Made by a program: the position numbers and the translations under genes. Shown one piece after another: positions 39,101 through 53,488 of a stretch of DNA of 64,000 nt. The notes under the pieces were generated by a model. That model ran no database searches. It was not told where the DNA came from and saw only the letters and a program-made list of their open reading frames with translations. This DNA comes from Eledone cirrhosa. Its lineage: Eukaryota. The stretch spans positions 81,530,001 through 81,594,000 of the forward strand of contig OZ024742.1 of NCBI GenBank assembly GCA_964016885.1. The letters are read 5' to 3'. Position 1 is the first letter of the stretch. Each line of letters starts with the position of its first letter.

Positions 39101-41678
39101 ATTCGGTCTTTGGTGGACCGAGACGGACACGAGATAAGCGATTCCAAGCGGATGTGTGAGGCTTTTCGCCAGCACTTTGCTCGGTTGTTCGGGAAGAGTG
39201 GCGAGTCAGAGAGAGTAGCGGATTTCAGTCCCTGCCTTGACGGCTTGCCGCGCATCTCGACGGTCGACGCTGAGCGCTGTGAAAGGTAGATTACTTCAGC
39301 CGAAATTCAGGACGCCCTTGTCGGCTGCATGAGGCGCAGGTCACCCGGTTTGGATGGGCTGCCCTACGAGCTTTATGTAAATATGCCAGACTTGTTCTCC
39401 CGACTCTTCGAAGCACTATACTGCAACTGGCAGCAGAATGGGAGTATTCCCAGTTCTGTGAGCAGGGGAGTGGTGACGCTGATTAGGAAAGACGAGAACA
39501 AGAGGGATACATTAGACAACTTCAGGCCCATAACTCTGCTCAACACAGAGTTTAAGATTTTGGCCAAGATGTTAGCAAAGAGATTGGCGCTTGTCGTCGA
39601 GGATTTGGTTGAGGAGGCGCAAACTTGCGCAATCCCAGCCAGGTCCATACACGACAATCTCCACCTCATGCGATACATCATAGAGAGGGTGGGGTGTAAA
39701 CCTGGCTTCGGTGGGGAACTGATCAATTTAGATCAATCGAAAGCATTCGATAGGGTCGACCATCGGTATCTGGAGTTTGTCCTCAAAGCAGTTGGCTTCG
39801 GCCCTCTTTAGAAACTGGATCGCTGCAATGCACAGCAGCACACGCTCGGTGGTCAAGGTTAATGGCCACCTCTCGGAACCATTTCGGCTCTCTCGATCGG
39901 TCCATCAAGGTGCCCTCTCTCTTCCCTTCTGTACGTATTGACTCTCCAGCCTTTACTGCGGAAGCTGGAGCTGTTGAAGGGCATCCCGCTCGAACCAGGA
40001 CGTGGAAAGACAGTGTCGGCTTATGCGGACGACATCACCGTGATGGTATCGAACACCTCAGAAATCGAGGTGGTCATCACCTTATTGAAGGAATATGAAA
40101 TGTTGACAGGAGCCAAAGTTAACCCGGAAAAGTCGGTGGGCTTTCAGCTCGGAACCTGGAGAGGGAAGCCCATGCCGTCCAACAGCGTCGTGGGGCGCTG
40201 GACGGACGGACCGGTAAAGTTGCTCAGGGTTTGGTTCGGACCCGACCTCCAGGTGGAAAAGAATTGTAACGAGCAGAGTAGCCAGTCTCACCCACAAATT
40301 GGCTGGGAGGAAGCTATCACTAAAAGATCGCGTGGAGGTGTCGAATGCGTACATCGCGTCCGTCATCTACTACCGGCTGACCGCGTGCTTTTCCCACGTC
40401 CGCGCCTCGTCAAGTTGGAACGGCTCCTCTTCAAATTCTTGCGGAGAGGACAAGTTCCGTTGGTGAGGTGGTCCATCTGCTGCCAGCACCCTCTACGCGG
40501 AGGGATGGGCATTCCGTGGCTAATGATGCGCAGACATGCGTTGAGGCTGCGACATCTCCAGATATTCTGCCTCAACGGTGAACAGGTGTGGTCGCCGTTT
40601 ATCAGACGGGCCTTTCCGCAGCTCATTTCTTTGACTGAATTGCAGTCCTGGGTCAAGTAGAGACCGAGACTGGGTGACTGGCACCTAGAATGTTGCCAGG
40701 CACTCAATGCCATCTACCAAGCGGGCAATGCGATCAGTGGAACTTCCACTCTCGAGTTCTATAGAGGATTAGTGGTGGGCAAGTGCGATGACGCACTCGG
40801 AGAAGCTTTGGGCCTCGACGAAGTCGAACTGACTAGTCTGTACGGGAGGACTTTTGAGCCGAGGAGGATGGACAATTTCCAGAAATCCCTCGCTTGGCAG
40901 TGCTACCAGGGGGCACTGCCGGTTCGGGATAAACTCTACAGGCACGGAAGTGCTGTCAGACGGACCTGCCCAAGATGCGCACAGAACGACGAAACCGTTC
41001 TGCACGCACTTGTCCAATGTCCGTGCATTACTGACTTATGGAGTTATGTCGAACAGCTACTGTCGCGTGGGAACGAATCCGGCTATCGCTCGAGTCCATA
41101 GTGAAGATCGATCCATCGACTTCCTTAGGTCAGGAAGGGCAGGAAATTTTCCTCTGTCTGGTGGCAGTTGCGAAAGAGGTTATATGGTGAACCAGGTTAA
41201 AAGGACTGAAGACAGACACTTTTCTCTTCGGCCAATTCCTCATCAACTTCTTCAAGTTTCACCTCGAAAGGAAGGTGAGGTTGGAGAGAGAAGTGCTGGC
41301 CCCCAGTACATTTGCTACAAGGTGGGTTAATGTGGCGAAAATGGCTCGTGTGAATGGGCCTACTCTGACCATACGCCTATAGGCTAGCTAACTTGAGGAG
41401 AGGGGTGCTCTCCCCACGTGCCCTAGAAGCGCAGGTTGGTTCAGGATTGGTGGGGTACCCGAGTCACCCCAGGGTCGCCCACCACCTATCGGGGAATTTA
41501 TTTTGTTATTTTATGCATAGTTAATTTTATATTTTTATATTTTCTTTGTTATATTAGTCTTGCCATTGTGCACTTTTACTCGACCTTATTGTAAACCCCC
41601 ACTATCCCTGTCTTTGTATTGTCCCCTACATGTCGGCCCTTGTGGCTAATAAATGAAATCATTATTATTATTATTATT
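36171..41678 (+). mobile_element. Tx1/L1-type element T2, full length, divergent subfamily, many stops/frameshifts (ORF1 ~36384-37958, ORF2 37988-~41381)
   Basis: Knuckle CFVCGEATHLQAFC; APE/RT motifs GDWN, FRPITLLN, YADD; preceded by (TCT)n(TTA)n; AATAAA and (ATT)n tail. Confidence 0.9.
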
Positions 41679-42337
41679 GTTCTTTGAGTCTCAGTCATTG
41701 ATGTTAGTTAACTGGAAAGTTTGTTGAAATGAATATCAAGCCACTACCTGCAGCCTCAGATATTCCGGACGTATCGGAGGGTTCTTACTGTTCCCAGCAA
41801 GCATACCTTTTGAAGCGTTCCAAAAAGCGTGGCCGGGCCAATTTTTTTTAACCATCCCTGGAAACTTTTTGAGTAAGTACCTAGTGCGCCTATGACAATC
41901 GGGACCACTTTGACTTCATGGCAGTTCCAAATCCTTTTTACCTCCCATTTTAAGTCCTGGTATCTGTTAATTTTTCCCTCTCCTTCTCTCGCAGTCTCGT
42001 GTCGAATGGGCTGGCAACATCCACAATCAGGCACAATCTTTTTTCCTTGTCCAAAACCATCAGGTCAGGTCTATTGTGTTCCAGTTTCTTGTCCGTCTGT
42101 ATCCTAAAATCGCACAGCACCTTCACCTGATCGTTTTCTATCACAGACTCTGGTTTATGCTGATACCACTTCTCAGAATGTGGTAAGTTGTTTACTTTGC
42201 ATAGGTGTCAGTGGATCACCCTGCCCATCACATCATGTCTCCAGCCTTTATAGTGAGTCTGGGCTAGTTGTATACACTCGGATACAATGTGAGCCACTGT
42301 CTCCTCTCTCCCTCCACAGATCCTACACAGCGGGCTA
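41679..42337 (-). mobile_element. Dong-type family A, 3' fragment (A2)
   Basis: Reverse complement of ~15080-15737 (zinc finger, RLE, 3' UTR); bounded by TTA repeats on both sides. Confidence 0.92.
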
Positions 42338-42359
42338 TTATTATTTATATTATTATTAT

Positions 42360-45300
42360 AGTTTATGTTCATACGAGTTATCACCAAATCACAACCAGTG
42401 ACCTCAAGAGACAACAAGGTCCGCCATGTTCAAGAAAGAACATGCATACACACACATGCATCTTTACGTGTTTAGACTTATGCTGTCCTTATGTTGACAG
42501 AATCTTCCTTAGTATATGGGCAGTTCCCATTACTACTATCTTTTGTAGTTCTCATATACGCGGGTTTCCTGGGATTTGCGATAAGTAATCATTAGACCTC
42601 TTAGGTATCATTCCTAGAGCGCCTACAACCACTGGTATCGTTTTATTTCTCAATTTCCACATTTTTCGAATTTCTATCTCCATGTCCTTATCCAATGGAT
42701 GTATTGTGAAGCTCTGTCATGCCTGTTTAGGTATTCGGTTGGAGCTATAGGACGGCACATTGAAATTATATGATCAATGGTCTCTGTTTTTTTTAACATA
42801 CATGGCATAATGGGTTGCATCCATTTTTTGTTATGTTGGCTTGGGAACTTTTTTTTGGCAGACATCTTGTGCTGATATATTCAGGCCTTCAGTCTCCGAT
42901 TTCAGTGCAGAGGTTGCCAACCACTGATGGGTTAAAGTTTTGTCAATATCAGGATTGTTAGCTCTTTCTGGGTATTTTCCATACAGAGGCTTTTCTTGTC
43001 AATTCTTAGCCTGATTCTGTAGCAGTTCTTTCTTTGCAGTTACTTTTACCTGCTTTGCATTTATCTGTGTTTTTCATTTCAGCAGTAAAGTGAACTTCGG
43101 AAATGCGTAGTCCATTACTGTATCTTTGTGCATCTTTTGTAATGGGGTATGATCTTTTGATGATTTCGTGTTTCAAAACGAGTTTGATCATCAAATCATG
43201 TGATTCCCTTAGATATATAGATAATCCAATTGTTGCAGATTTCAACGCAATATGTACCTGGATTAACCCACGTCCTCCTTCTTTCCTAGGGAGATATATT
43301 CTATCTGTACCTGCCTTAAGGTGATGCATTCCGTGCATGGTTAAGAATTTGCTAATGTTTGTATCGAGCCTACGGATCTCTTTTGTATCGAGTGTACGGA
43401 TCTCTTTCCCAGGGATTTCCATTTGGTGGTTTTTCTAAGAGCCAAACGCAACTGTTCAACTGTTATATTTTCCCATGTTTGCTCCTCAAGGTGAGCTGTG
43501 TCTTTCATTTGTCTGTGTCTTTCATAATATACATGCGGCATGTATATTATGAACTTTCTCTTCGGTCCAGATTTTTTCCCAGAATTCTCGCACTTCCTTC
43601 TTGGGTGGTATTGATTTAGCAGTTATTGTTGACTTGCCAATTTTTTCTGTAGAAGTTTCTTTGGTTGTTTTGAACATATTATTGTCCTTATAGAATCTAG
43701 ATCGTTTTTACGAGCAGCTTTGTTCGACACTTTTTGCTTGATTATTTCTACCAGCATGACTATGTCACTTGTTGATTTTATACTGTATTTTCTTTTCAAT
43801 TTTCTAAGTTTAGTTTGTTTAACATGTTCACCTACTTGTCAGATCGGAGAAGGTTTATTTGGCGATTGATGTTCTCTTGCCAAGTAGATTTCTTCTGGGA
43901 ATTCCTTTGTTTTTTTCATTTTCACTCCACATATGTGAGTGGGGACTTTAGCCGATGCATAATATAGATGATTTAGATTAGTAATGTTTAGTTTGTTTGT
44001 GATGATAATGTTTTTGAGAATTATGTAAGTGTTGTGTATTATCTTTTGGTTCTGTTTGGAGTTCTGGATCTTAGGGAGAGTGTCTCGTTCCCCCATGTCA
44101 GATTCATTCATTTTCATCCATTCGATCATAATTTCATTCTTCAAGTTGGCAAGTTCATTCACATTCATTTGTTTATCATTTACGATCTCATTGTTTTCAT
44201 TTTGAGATTCATCTTGGGCATGCACTCCCTCGACTTTATCTATCATTTATTTAATGTGTTCCGCTGTCAGTGATTCCGTCCCAACCTTATGATTCGAAGT
44301 GTTACAATTTACCTCGGCTTCACTGACACATGTTTCACTTTCCCTTCGCTGACTTTGAGTTAATTGCATGATCTGATCAATTTATATATCAGTTAGTAAC
44401 ATTTTAAAACAATATTTCTTCGTATATTGCCTAGTTTGTTACTGTCAATATAGCCTCTTTTTTCGGGATGTTTCTTTTTCCAGTTGAAAGATGTCTGTTC
44501 TGTATTCGATGTATTTGATGGGTAGTACATGGCAGTGTAGAAAGCCTCAAGGACTTCTTTAGTGTCTTCCCTTGACCGTTATTCTCTCTTTTTCTTTGGA
44601 TTTCTTGGTGGTGAGCATGGAGGGCCAACAGTAGGTGTATTCCTCTTATGGTAGGTCTCCAAATCCGAATTGATGGGAAGGTTTGAACCATTAGCTGATT
44701 TTTCGAAACCGGTACCTCTCTGAGGGACGCGGCCCTTTTTGACCCGGGTGTCGGCCGATCCGGTATGAGATTTTATCATTTGACATTGACTTTATTTTGT
44801 TGCGTTTTATCCTTAACCACCAAGGGGTAATCATTTAGTGTTACCACTCCTAGGACGAGTGTCAACGAAGACTTGAGGGGTCGTCCTCCCATAGAGACAC
44901 GGCTATTCCCCACCGGACGCCATCCCGGTATTTCTTGGTCACAGGGTTTTCTTTTTTTTTCCATTTTAAATTGTTATTATCATGAGTGGTCTCTTAATGT
45001 GAGCACTGCGTGGCTTAAGAATGGAATTATTATTAGTAATATAATACACTTTTTGTTCAAGTTGCCTCTTATTGTTGTTGGCTATGTCGGTGGTGGTGCT
45101 GGGGCTTGTTCTATTGTTAAGGGGGAAGGGGGGAGCCAGCAAGGCCATAGTAGTTGACGTTTGACCGTGTCACTAAGTCAGTCTATTTATATCTTTTGCC
45201 AGCCTCTCCGCTGTCTAGTGATACCGCCACCTCCCCCTTTCTTAAGTTAACAGAAGGTAGTGGGGTAGTAATGGGGGCGGCGGTGATGGGATAGTGGTAG

Positions 45301-45505
45301 CAATGATGGAGTGGTGGCGGATGTGACTGTAATTCTGGCGTCGTCGCTATTTAGTTGTTTGAATAGACAGTAGATAGTATGCGTTTCTTTGATCTGTATA
45401 TCTATGCGGTTTGTCGCCTATGTTTAATATATATGTTGACATATTTTCTTAATATTTGAATTAGACATTTTCGAGAAAACTTGAGATACAATAATAGTAA
45501 TTATT
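42360..45505 (-). mobile_element. Dong-type family B copy B2, internally deleted and decayed
   Basis: Collinear with 53490-57920 but lacking most of the RT (jump after KWKSLGK) and part of the RLE. Confidence 0.9.
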
Positions 45506-45620
45506 ATTTTTCACACGCAGAAATGCCCATTTGTACCGTCCCGTATTGTCCTGTACTGTATTTAATGTCTACTTTGTGTAAACCCTTGTGGTTGATAAAT
45601 AAAGCATTATTATTATTATT
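45506..45620 (+). mobile_element. Short 3' UTR + (ATT)n tail of a T1-like Tx1 element
   Basis: Matches the reverse complement of 16105-16212. Confidence 0.88.
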
Positions 45621-48600
45621 GTTCCTTGAGTCTCAGTTATTGATGTTAGTTAACTGGAAAGTTTGTTGAAATGTATATCAAGCCACTACCTGCAGCCTCA
45701 GATATTAAGGACATATCGGAGGGTTCTTGCTGTTCCCAGCAAGCATGCCTTTTGAAGCGTTCCAAAAAGCGGGGCGGGGCCAATTTTCTTTAACCATCCC
45801 TGGAAACTTTTTGAGATAGTACCTAGTGCGCCTATGACAATCAGGACCACTTTGACTTCATGGCAGTTCCAAATCCTTTTTACCTCCCATTTTAAGTCCT
45901 GGTATCGGTTAATTTTTCCCTCTCCTTCTCTCGCAGTCTCGTGTCGAATGGGCTGGCAACATCCACAATCAGGCACGATCTTTTTTCCTTGTCCAAAACC
46001 ATCAGGTCAGGTCTATTGTGTTCCAGTTTCTTGTCCGTCTCTATCCTAAAATCCCACAGCACCTTCACCTGATCGTTTTCTATCACCGACTCTGAATGTC
46101 GTAAATTGTTTACTTTGTATAGGTGCCAGTGGATCACCTTGCCCATCACATCATGTCTCCAGCCTTTATAGTGAGTCTGGGCTAGGTGTTTACACTCGGA
46201 TACAATGTGAGCCACAGTCTCCTCTCTTTCTCCACAGATCCTGCACGGTGGGCTAGCCTCCTCCTTGTAAATATGGTCTTTCAATCACTTCGTTTTGAGG
46301 GCCTGCTTTTGCGCAGCCATTACCATTCCTTCTGTAGCCTGTTTAAGGTCTCCTCTTTTCAACCAGTTCCATGTCTGTGGATCTCTGAATTCAGTTTTCT
46401 CAAAGAAGGTACTATGAAGGGATTTTTCATGAAGGCTGCTCTATCTCCTTGATGTTATTTCCTCCTTGGACATCCCCTGGTATATTGTCCTCTCCTTCAG
46501 TACAATTCTGAGCATTGGCTCCTTACTATCAGTCACGTATTTGTGTAGGTTGTTTTTCTCCATCTGAACACAATCCTCTATGCTGATAAGACCTTTTCCA
46601 CCTTCAGATCTCCTTAAGTAGAGTCGATCGACATCACTCCTCTTGTGGAACATGTTGTAGATAGTCATTAGCTTTCTAGTCTTCCTATCCATTTCTTTTT
46701 GTTCAGCAACATTCCATTTCAGAATTCCCGCACTTGACCTAATAATAGACACAGCTCGGGAATTTACTGCACTTATGGCATTCCTACTGTTCAGATGTGA
46801 CTTTAATACGCTCCTTACTCTCCGAATATATTCAGAACTAATCAATTCCTTCATTTTTTTGTTCTTGATGTCAGCCTCCAGAAAACCCAAATACTTGCAT
46901 CCTTCTTAAGTGTCAATTTCCTTTATCGTCTCACCTGTTTGTACCTGGATTCCGTAGCTTCTGCTCAATTTACCCTCTTCATCACAAGGACTCCACACTT
47001 ACTAATACCAAATTGCATACATATATCATTGTTGAAAATACAGACAGTGTCAACAAACACATCCAACTCCTTCTCACTCTTCCCGAAGAGCTTAAGATCG
47101 TCCATGAAGAGGAGGTGATTGATGGTAAGCTCTCCCTTTCCCAACTTGTATCCTGCTCTCACTTTTCGCAGTATAATCGTCAGGGGCATCAGGACAAGGA
47201 CAAACAACAGGGGGAACAGACTATCTCCATGGAATATACCTCTCTTGATCTTCACGCCTCCCAAGGATTCTCCAGCTGATGTTAACTCTGTTTTCCAGGA
47301 CTTCATACTTTTGCCCAACAACTGTCTGATGTTATCTGCCATCTTGAAGATCTCTAGGCTTTTGGTGATCCAAGAATGAGGCACCATGTCAAATGCCTTT
47401 TTGTAGTCTATCCATCCCATGGCAAGACCAGTGTGTCTCCTCTTGCAATTCCTCATTACCATCTTATCAATAAGCAACTGGTCCTTTGTACCACGGGACT
47501 TCTTTTGGCATCCGTCCTGTTCGTCCAGTAACAAGTTGTATGTGTGGGGGTGATGGTTGATTTCTTCAGACATAATGCTTGTCAACAGTTTCCACATTAC
47601 GGACAGACATGTGATAGGTCTATAGTTGGTAACATCATTATCCTTGATTCTGTCTTTCATTACCAGAACTGTGGTACCTTTTGTCAACCACTCTGGTACC
47701 TCACCTGACATCAAGCAGTCATTGAACATGGTTGTCAGTTTCGGGTGGAGGGATGTTATATGTTTAATCCAATACTCCTCGACACCATCTGGGCCTTGTG
47801 ATTTCCAGTTGGTTAGTTTTTTGGCTTGCCCATTAAGAGTTTCAACTGTGATACTCAAATCAGTTTGTTGGTGTGCCTGTTAACTAATCTTCTTTTGTAC
47901 TGTCTCAATCCACACTGCCCGGTCATTATGTTTAACATCCTGCTCCCATATTCCTCTCCAGAATGCCTTAGTTTGTTCCGCCTCAGGGATCAAGTCGTTG
48001 CCTCTTTCTTTCCCTTCAAGCTGCCCAAATAGCATCTTCTGGTTGTTGTCAAAAATGCGGTTCTGTCAATACTGACTGACTCTGCTCTCGTATCGACTAA
48101 TTTTTGCACTCTTTGCTACAATGCTTTGCTTCAGTTCCTCTATGATAATATTTAGCTTTTTCCTCCTAGTGTTGTACTTTATTTCCAGTCTATTTTTAGT
48201 GTCTATATTTTTTAGTGTCCCATACAGTAGGGACTCAAACTTTCCAATGGCATTTCTCATTTCCATGATTTGACCATTCAGTCGTTCCTTCTACCAAGGT
48301 TCTTATCTTTCTTGTTTGTTGTTTCCTCTCGCTTTTATGACAAGTAATTTCCTCACCGCATTTGCTGTTGCTTTGAGGATATTGTTGCACTGGTGAAGGC
48401 TCCTCTCCTCAAGGTATGGGATGACTTTGTTTACCTTACCTGTTGTTCTTTTAACTTTTTCCTGTCTACAAGTCTTAGGTTCATAGGTTTCGCACTATCA
48501 TTGTTCAATTCATCTACCACTAAGTTTAGGATATCAACCAAATCTTGACCTAGCCCGTCAGCATTCATCTCCTCAATGACCGTATCTTTGTCCCAGGTAT

Positions 48601-48976
48601 TATTTATTTCAGCATTCAGATCATTGTCTGCTTCGGATGGTTCCTCTGTTCTCTCAATCTCTTCACCTTCATTTCCCACTGGCTCGTTTTCCTGGCATAC
48701 TCCACTCTCCATTTCAAACCTAATCTCTCTGCTCAGTTCCTCCAGTTCCAGCTCACTTATACATCCATTAGTTCTTATAACCCTAGCCTGCCCGGCCAAT
48801 TTTTGTTCATCTAATTTAAATAGACCAATCTCTTTTCAGATGTTATGCATCCGTTTCCTATAGCCTTTCTCCATGGGGTTACTCTTCAGGTAACATTGCA
48901 TAACAGTTCTATTCAATTCTTTCGTCCAGTTGGTTCTGGTCCCTTTCGTTCTTCTTCTTCCTCCGACACCAGTAGT
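45621..48976 (-). mobile_element. Dong-type family A copy A3, nearly whole ORF, decayed, 5' end missing
   Basis: Collinear with 12355-15737 with stops and frameshifts. Confidence 0.92.
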
Positions 48977-51900
48977 GAAGGACTCCAACACCCTATAAGT
49001 GTAGAAGGAAGACGGCCAAAATGTTATCTCTGTGGGTCGAAAGGTCACCTCAGAGCCTTTTGCCCGCAGAAGACACCGAAGAGGGCCCCCTCTCCTTCCA
49101 ATACCTGGTCCGCTGCTACCAAGAGCAAGACAGGAAACAGACGAATAAGCCCCTTCCACGGTGAGTAGGAGGGCAACGTCTGTAACACCCGTATCAAGGC
49201 CAGCATCATCAGTAGCGGCAACACCAATAGCTACATTTAAAATAGCAACACCAGCAACAACATTGCCGAAGAGGGCTCCACTACCACCACCAACAGCCGT
49301 GGAGCACATACCCCTCCCAGACGCCACATAATCCGACATGGAGTTTGAGGCGGGAGTGACGTGGCAAACAGTCTGCCACAAAAAACAAAAAACAAAAAAA
49401 AACCTTAGATTCACCCTCCAAAAGCGAAGGCATACAAAGAGGGGTAAAGGCAGCAAGGAAACTTGCAGCAACACCACCAAAAACAGCAACAACGCAAACA
49501 CAACAAGACACACACACCAAACAGCAACAAGAAGAAAACGGCAACAAAATCACCCCTCCCGGCAAAAAGTACACAGCCATAAACATAGCAAAAAAAAGAA
49601 CTCATAAAATATATAAAGCAGCACACAGACATCACGGAAAAAAATTACTACACCCCACCAACACCAAGAACTCTCCCAACAAACATAAGCATCATCGAAA
49701 TCTCAATAGAACAATACAAACCTCTAAAACAAAAATTCCCCAACGCAGTTGGAGACTTCAGAGGGACGGTTACCTAGAGGATATACACTGACATCCTCTT
49801 GGAAACAGCCATGACCAGCGAAAGGGACGGTTCTACTGTCCCTTCACCACACGAACAAGGTAAGTGACCCTTTCTCATTTGCCCCGTTTCTCATCCAACA
49901 TGGCTGTACTCAGAATAGGCAGTATACATGCACGTGGCCTGGGGTCATCTTGGAAGCAGGGTCACCTGCTCAATGACCTTAGGTCACTAAACATAGATGT
50001 GGTGGCCATCAGTGAAACCAGAATCTCCGAGGCACGGGCCTTCGCACCGATCTTCGGCGGCTACGATGTATACGCATCTCCCAGCCGCTCAGGAACGGGG
50101 GAGGGGTTGCCGTCCTTTTTCGGAGAGGCTTGGATCTCGCGATACGGGCCATCTTCCTGGACCCATAAGGTAAGTCGGTGGTGCTGGACGTGACCGGCAG
50201 CGAAGGAAATGCTTTCAGGCTAATAGCCGTCTACGCCCCAATAGGGGCAGGACGGCCAGATTTCTTCAGACGTCTAGAGACCTTTCTTGGAACGTCCCGC
50301 TCTTTAGTATTAGTGAGCTACTGGAACGGTATCATGGATGCACGCTGGGATCGTGTGGGGCTAGTGGATATGGGAGGAGGGTGCAAGAGCCTCACCAACC
50401 TGCTCAGACGTTTTGAACTGTCTGACAGGTATCGACTGGATCACCCGAATGTGCCAATGTGGACATGGACAAACCGCATCGGGCGATCCAGATCGTATCT
50501 AGATATAGGTACTCTGCAGGGAACTAGATAAGGCTAGAATAAGTTGTCCACAATTTAAAATAGTCGACTACACAGACCACAAATGTGTGATCTGTGAGAT
50601 CTACATAGACAGACTTCATAGACAAGGGCCTGGTTACTGGAAGCTGAACGCGTCTTTCCCGGCGCGTAAGGCCTACAGAGACCGATTAGCGTATTAGTTA
50701 AGCGGGCGTTGACGGGAGCGTTCGTCAACAACAGGTGGTGGTTCGCCCTGAAAATGGTAATTAAAGTAGAGTCGATTAGGTTTAGCAAAGGAGTAGTGAT
50801 AGATGAAAATAGAGTAGAGGTAGAGCTAGTCAGAAACCTAGAAGAGGCGTTTAGGACAGGCATCGCAACCGACGTGGTTGCGGCGAGATTGGCACTCGAC
50901 CAATTCTTCAATGCAAAACACGAAGGCTGCGTTGTCAGAGCTAGAGCGCGTGCTCTGAAATACGAGGGGACAAAAGCCGTCCAATGGGCCCGGGTGGAAG
51001 AGGCGCGACGTGGCAATAAAGCCACAATTCAGTCTTTGTCTGACCAAAACGGGTGCGTGATGCTCGAATCCGAGCGGATGTGTGAAGCTTTTCAGTAGCA
51101 CTTTGCTGAACTGTTCGGGAGTGGCGGCGGCCCGGGTCGGGACATGGACTTCAGTGCATACCTCGACGGACTGCCTCGGCTCTCGACGACCGCAGCACAG
51201 TGTTGCCAAAAGCCAATAACAGCCGGTGAAATACGGGAAGCGATGGCTAACTGCACAAGAGGTAAATCTCCAGGTTTAGATGGTCTGCCCTACGAGCTTT
51301 ATGCATTTATGTCAGACTTGTTCGGTGACCTCTTGGCAGACGTTTACTGCAACTGGCAGCAGAACGGGAGCATTCCCAGTTTTGTGAACCGGGGCGCATT
51401 GGCGCTGCTGAGAAAAGACCCGAACAAGGGGTATGTTATTGATCATTTCAGGCCCATAACTCTGCTACACGCAGAGTTCAAGATTTTGGCCAAGGTGCTA
51501 GCAACGAGTTTGGCGCTTGTCGTCAAGGGTCTGGTGGGAGAGGCGCATACATGCGCCATTCCGGACAGATCCATACACGACAACCTCCACCTCATGCGAT
51601 ACATCATAGAGAGGGTGGTTAAGGAACCTGGAAGGGTGGGGCCCTGATCAACTTGGATCAATCGAAAGCATTCGATAGAGTCGACCATCGGTACCTGGCG
51701 GCGGACCTCGAGGCAGCCGGTTTCGGGCCCGTTTTAAGGCGATGGATCGCAACAATGTACAGCGACATCTGCTCAGTTGTGAGGGTGAACGGTCACCTGT
51801 TGCAGCCGTTCAGCATCATGCGCTCAGTCCACCAGGGTTGTCGCCTCTCGTCCCTCTTGTACGTATTGGCTCTCGAACCGTTACTGCACAGACTGGGGGC

Positions 51901-53488
51901 GATGAGGGGCGTCCCACGCGAACTAGGATGCGGGAAATCCGAGTCGGCTTACGCTGACGACGTCACCGTGGTGGTGTCGAGCACCAGACACGTCCAGATG
52001 CTCGGCACCGCTCTCAAGGAATACGAAACGGTGACAGGAGCAAAGATAAACCAGGAAAAGTCGATGGCTTGCAGCTAGGCACCTGGAGAGGCAAGCCCAT
52101 GCCGTCCGACAGCGTCGTGGGGCTTTGGATGGACGGCCCGGATAAATTGCTCGTGGTCTGGTTCGGACCGGACCTCCAGATGGAGAAAAACTGGAACGAG
52201 GTGACGAGCAGGGTGGCCTCCCTCACCCAGAAATGGGTTGAGAGGAAGCTGTCCCTGAAAGGCCGGGCGGAAGTGGCGAATGCGTACATCGCATCCGTCA
52301 TCTGCTACCGCATCACCGTCGTTCCTTGCTCCAGCCCAACTCTCACCAAAATGGTGCGCCTCTTCTTCCGCTTTTTGTGGAAGGGACGCACTCCCATGGT
52401 CAGACGATCCATCTGCTGTCAACACCCGTTGCGTAGAGGACTGGGCATGCCGTGGCTGATGATGCGCAAACATGCGCTGAGGCTGCGACATCTCTGGTGC
52501 TTCCTTGATGGTGAACGGGTGTGGTCGCCATTCGCCAGACACATTTTCCCACAGCTCGTCTCCTTGACGGAGCTGCAGTCCTGGGTCAGAAAAAGACCGA
52601 GGGATAGCGCTTGGAAACTGGAATGTCTCCAGGCGCTCACTGCCCTCTCCCAGTTGGGCACCAGTATCGGTGGAACATCCACCTCGGCGTTCTATAGAGG
52701 ACTAGTGGAGGGGAAGAGCGACGACGTTCTCGGAGAGATCCTGGGCGTCGAAGAAGATCAACTGCTTGCTCTCTTCCGGAGAACTTTCAGCCCGGGGCCT
52801 ATGGATAACTTCCAAAAATCCCTGGCCTGGCAGTACTACCGGGGCGCTGCCGGTTCGAGATAAGCTCTACAGGTACGGAAGTGCCGTGAGCCGAGCCTGT
52901 CCGAGATGCGCGCATAGCGACGAAACCGTTGTGCACGCACTCGTTCAGTGCCCGAGCATTGCTGACTTGTGGAGCTATATCGAACAGTTGCTGTAACGGG
53001 TGGGTCTGATCCGGTTGTCGACTGAGTCCATTGTGCAGATGGTCTCGCCGTCTTCCTTTGAGGAGGAATGGCAGGCGGTGTTCATCTGCCTGGTGGCCAT
53101 GGCGAAATAGATTGTGTGGTGGACAAGGTTAAAAGGATTAAAGACAAACACTTTCCTCTTCGGCGAATCCCTGATTAACTTTTTCAAGTTTCACTTGAGA
53201 GAGGGCGCTTGCCCTGGTAGTCAGGGTGGCCGTAGTATTTTGTGTGGTTTTCGCCACGAGTAACCCTCGGAGGTTTCCCCCCCTATTGGGGAATGTTTCA
53301 TTGTTTCAGTTTTCATTTTATTGTTTATATATATATGTTTTATGTATTTTTTTCTTTTCCTATATAAATAATAAAAATATTTACACGCACAAAACCCACA
53401 TCGTATCGTCCTGTTCGGTCTGTGATGTTTTGCTTGATGCCAGTCCTTGAGGCCGATAAAGAAATCATTATTATTATTATTATTATTA
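48977..53488 (+). mobile_element. Tx1/L1-type element T3, 5' part of ORF1 missing, decayed (ORF2 from 49900)
   Basis: CYLCGSKGHLRAFC knuckle; APE-RT fragments; GATAAAGAAATC(ATT)n tail. Confidence 0.9.
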
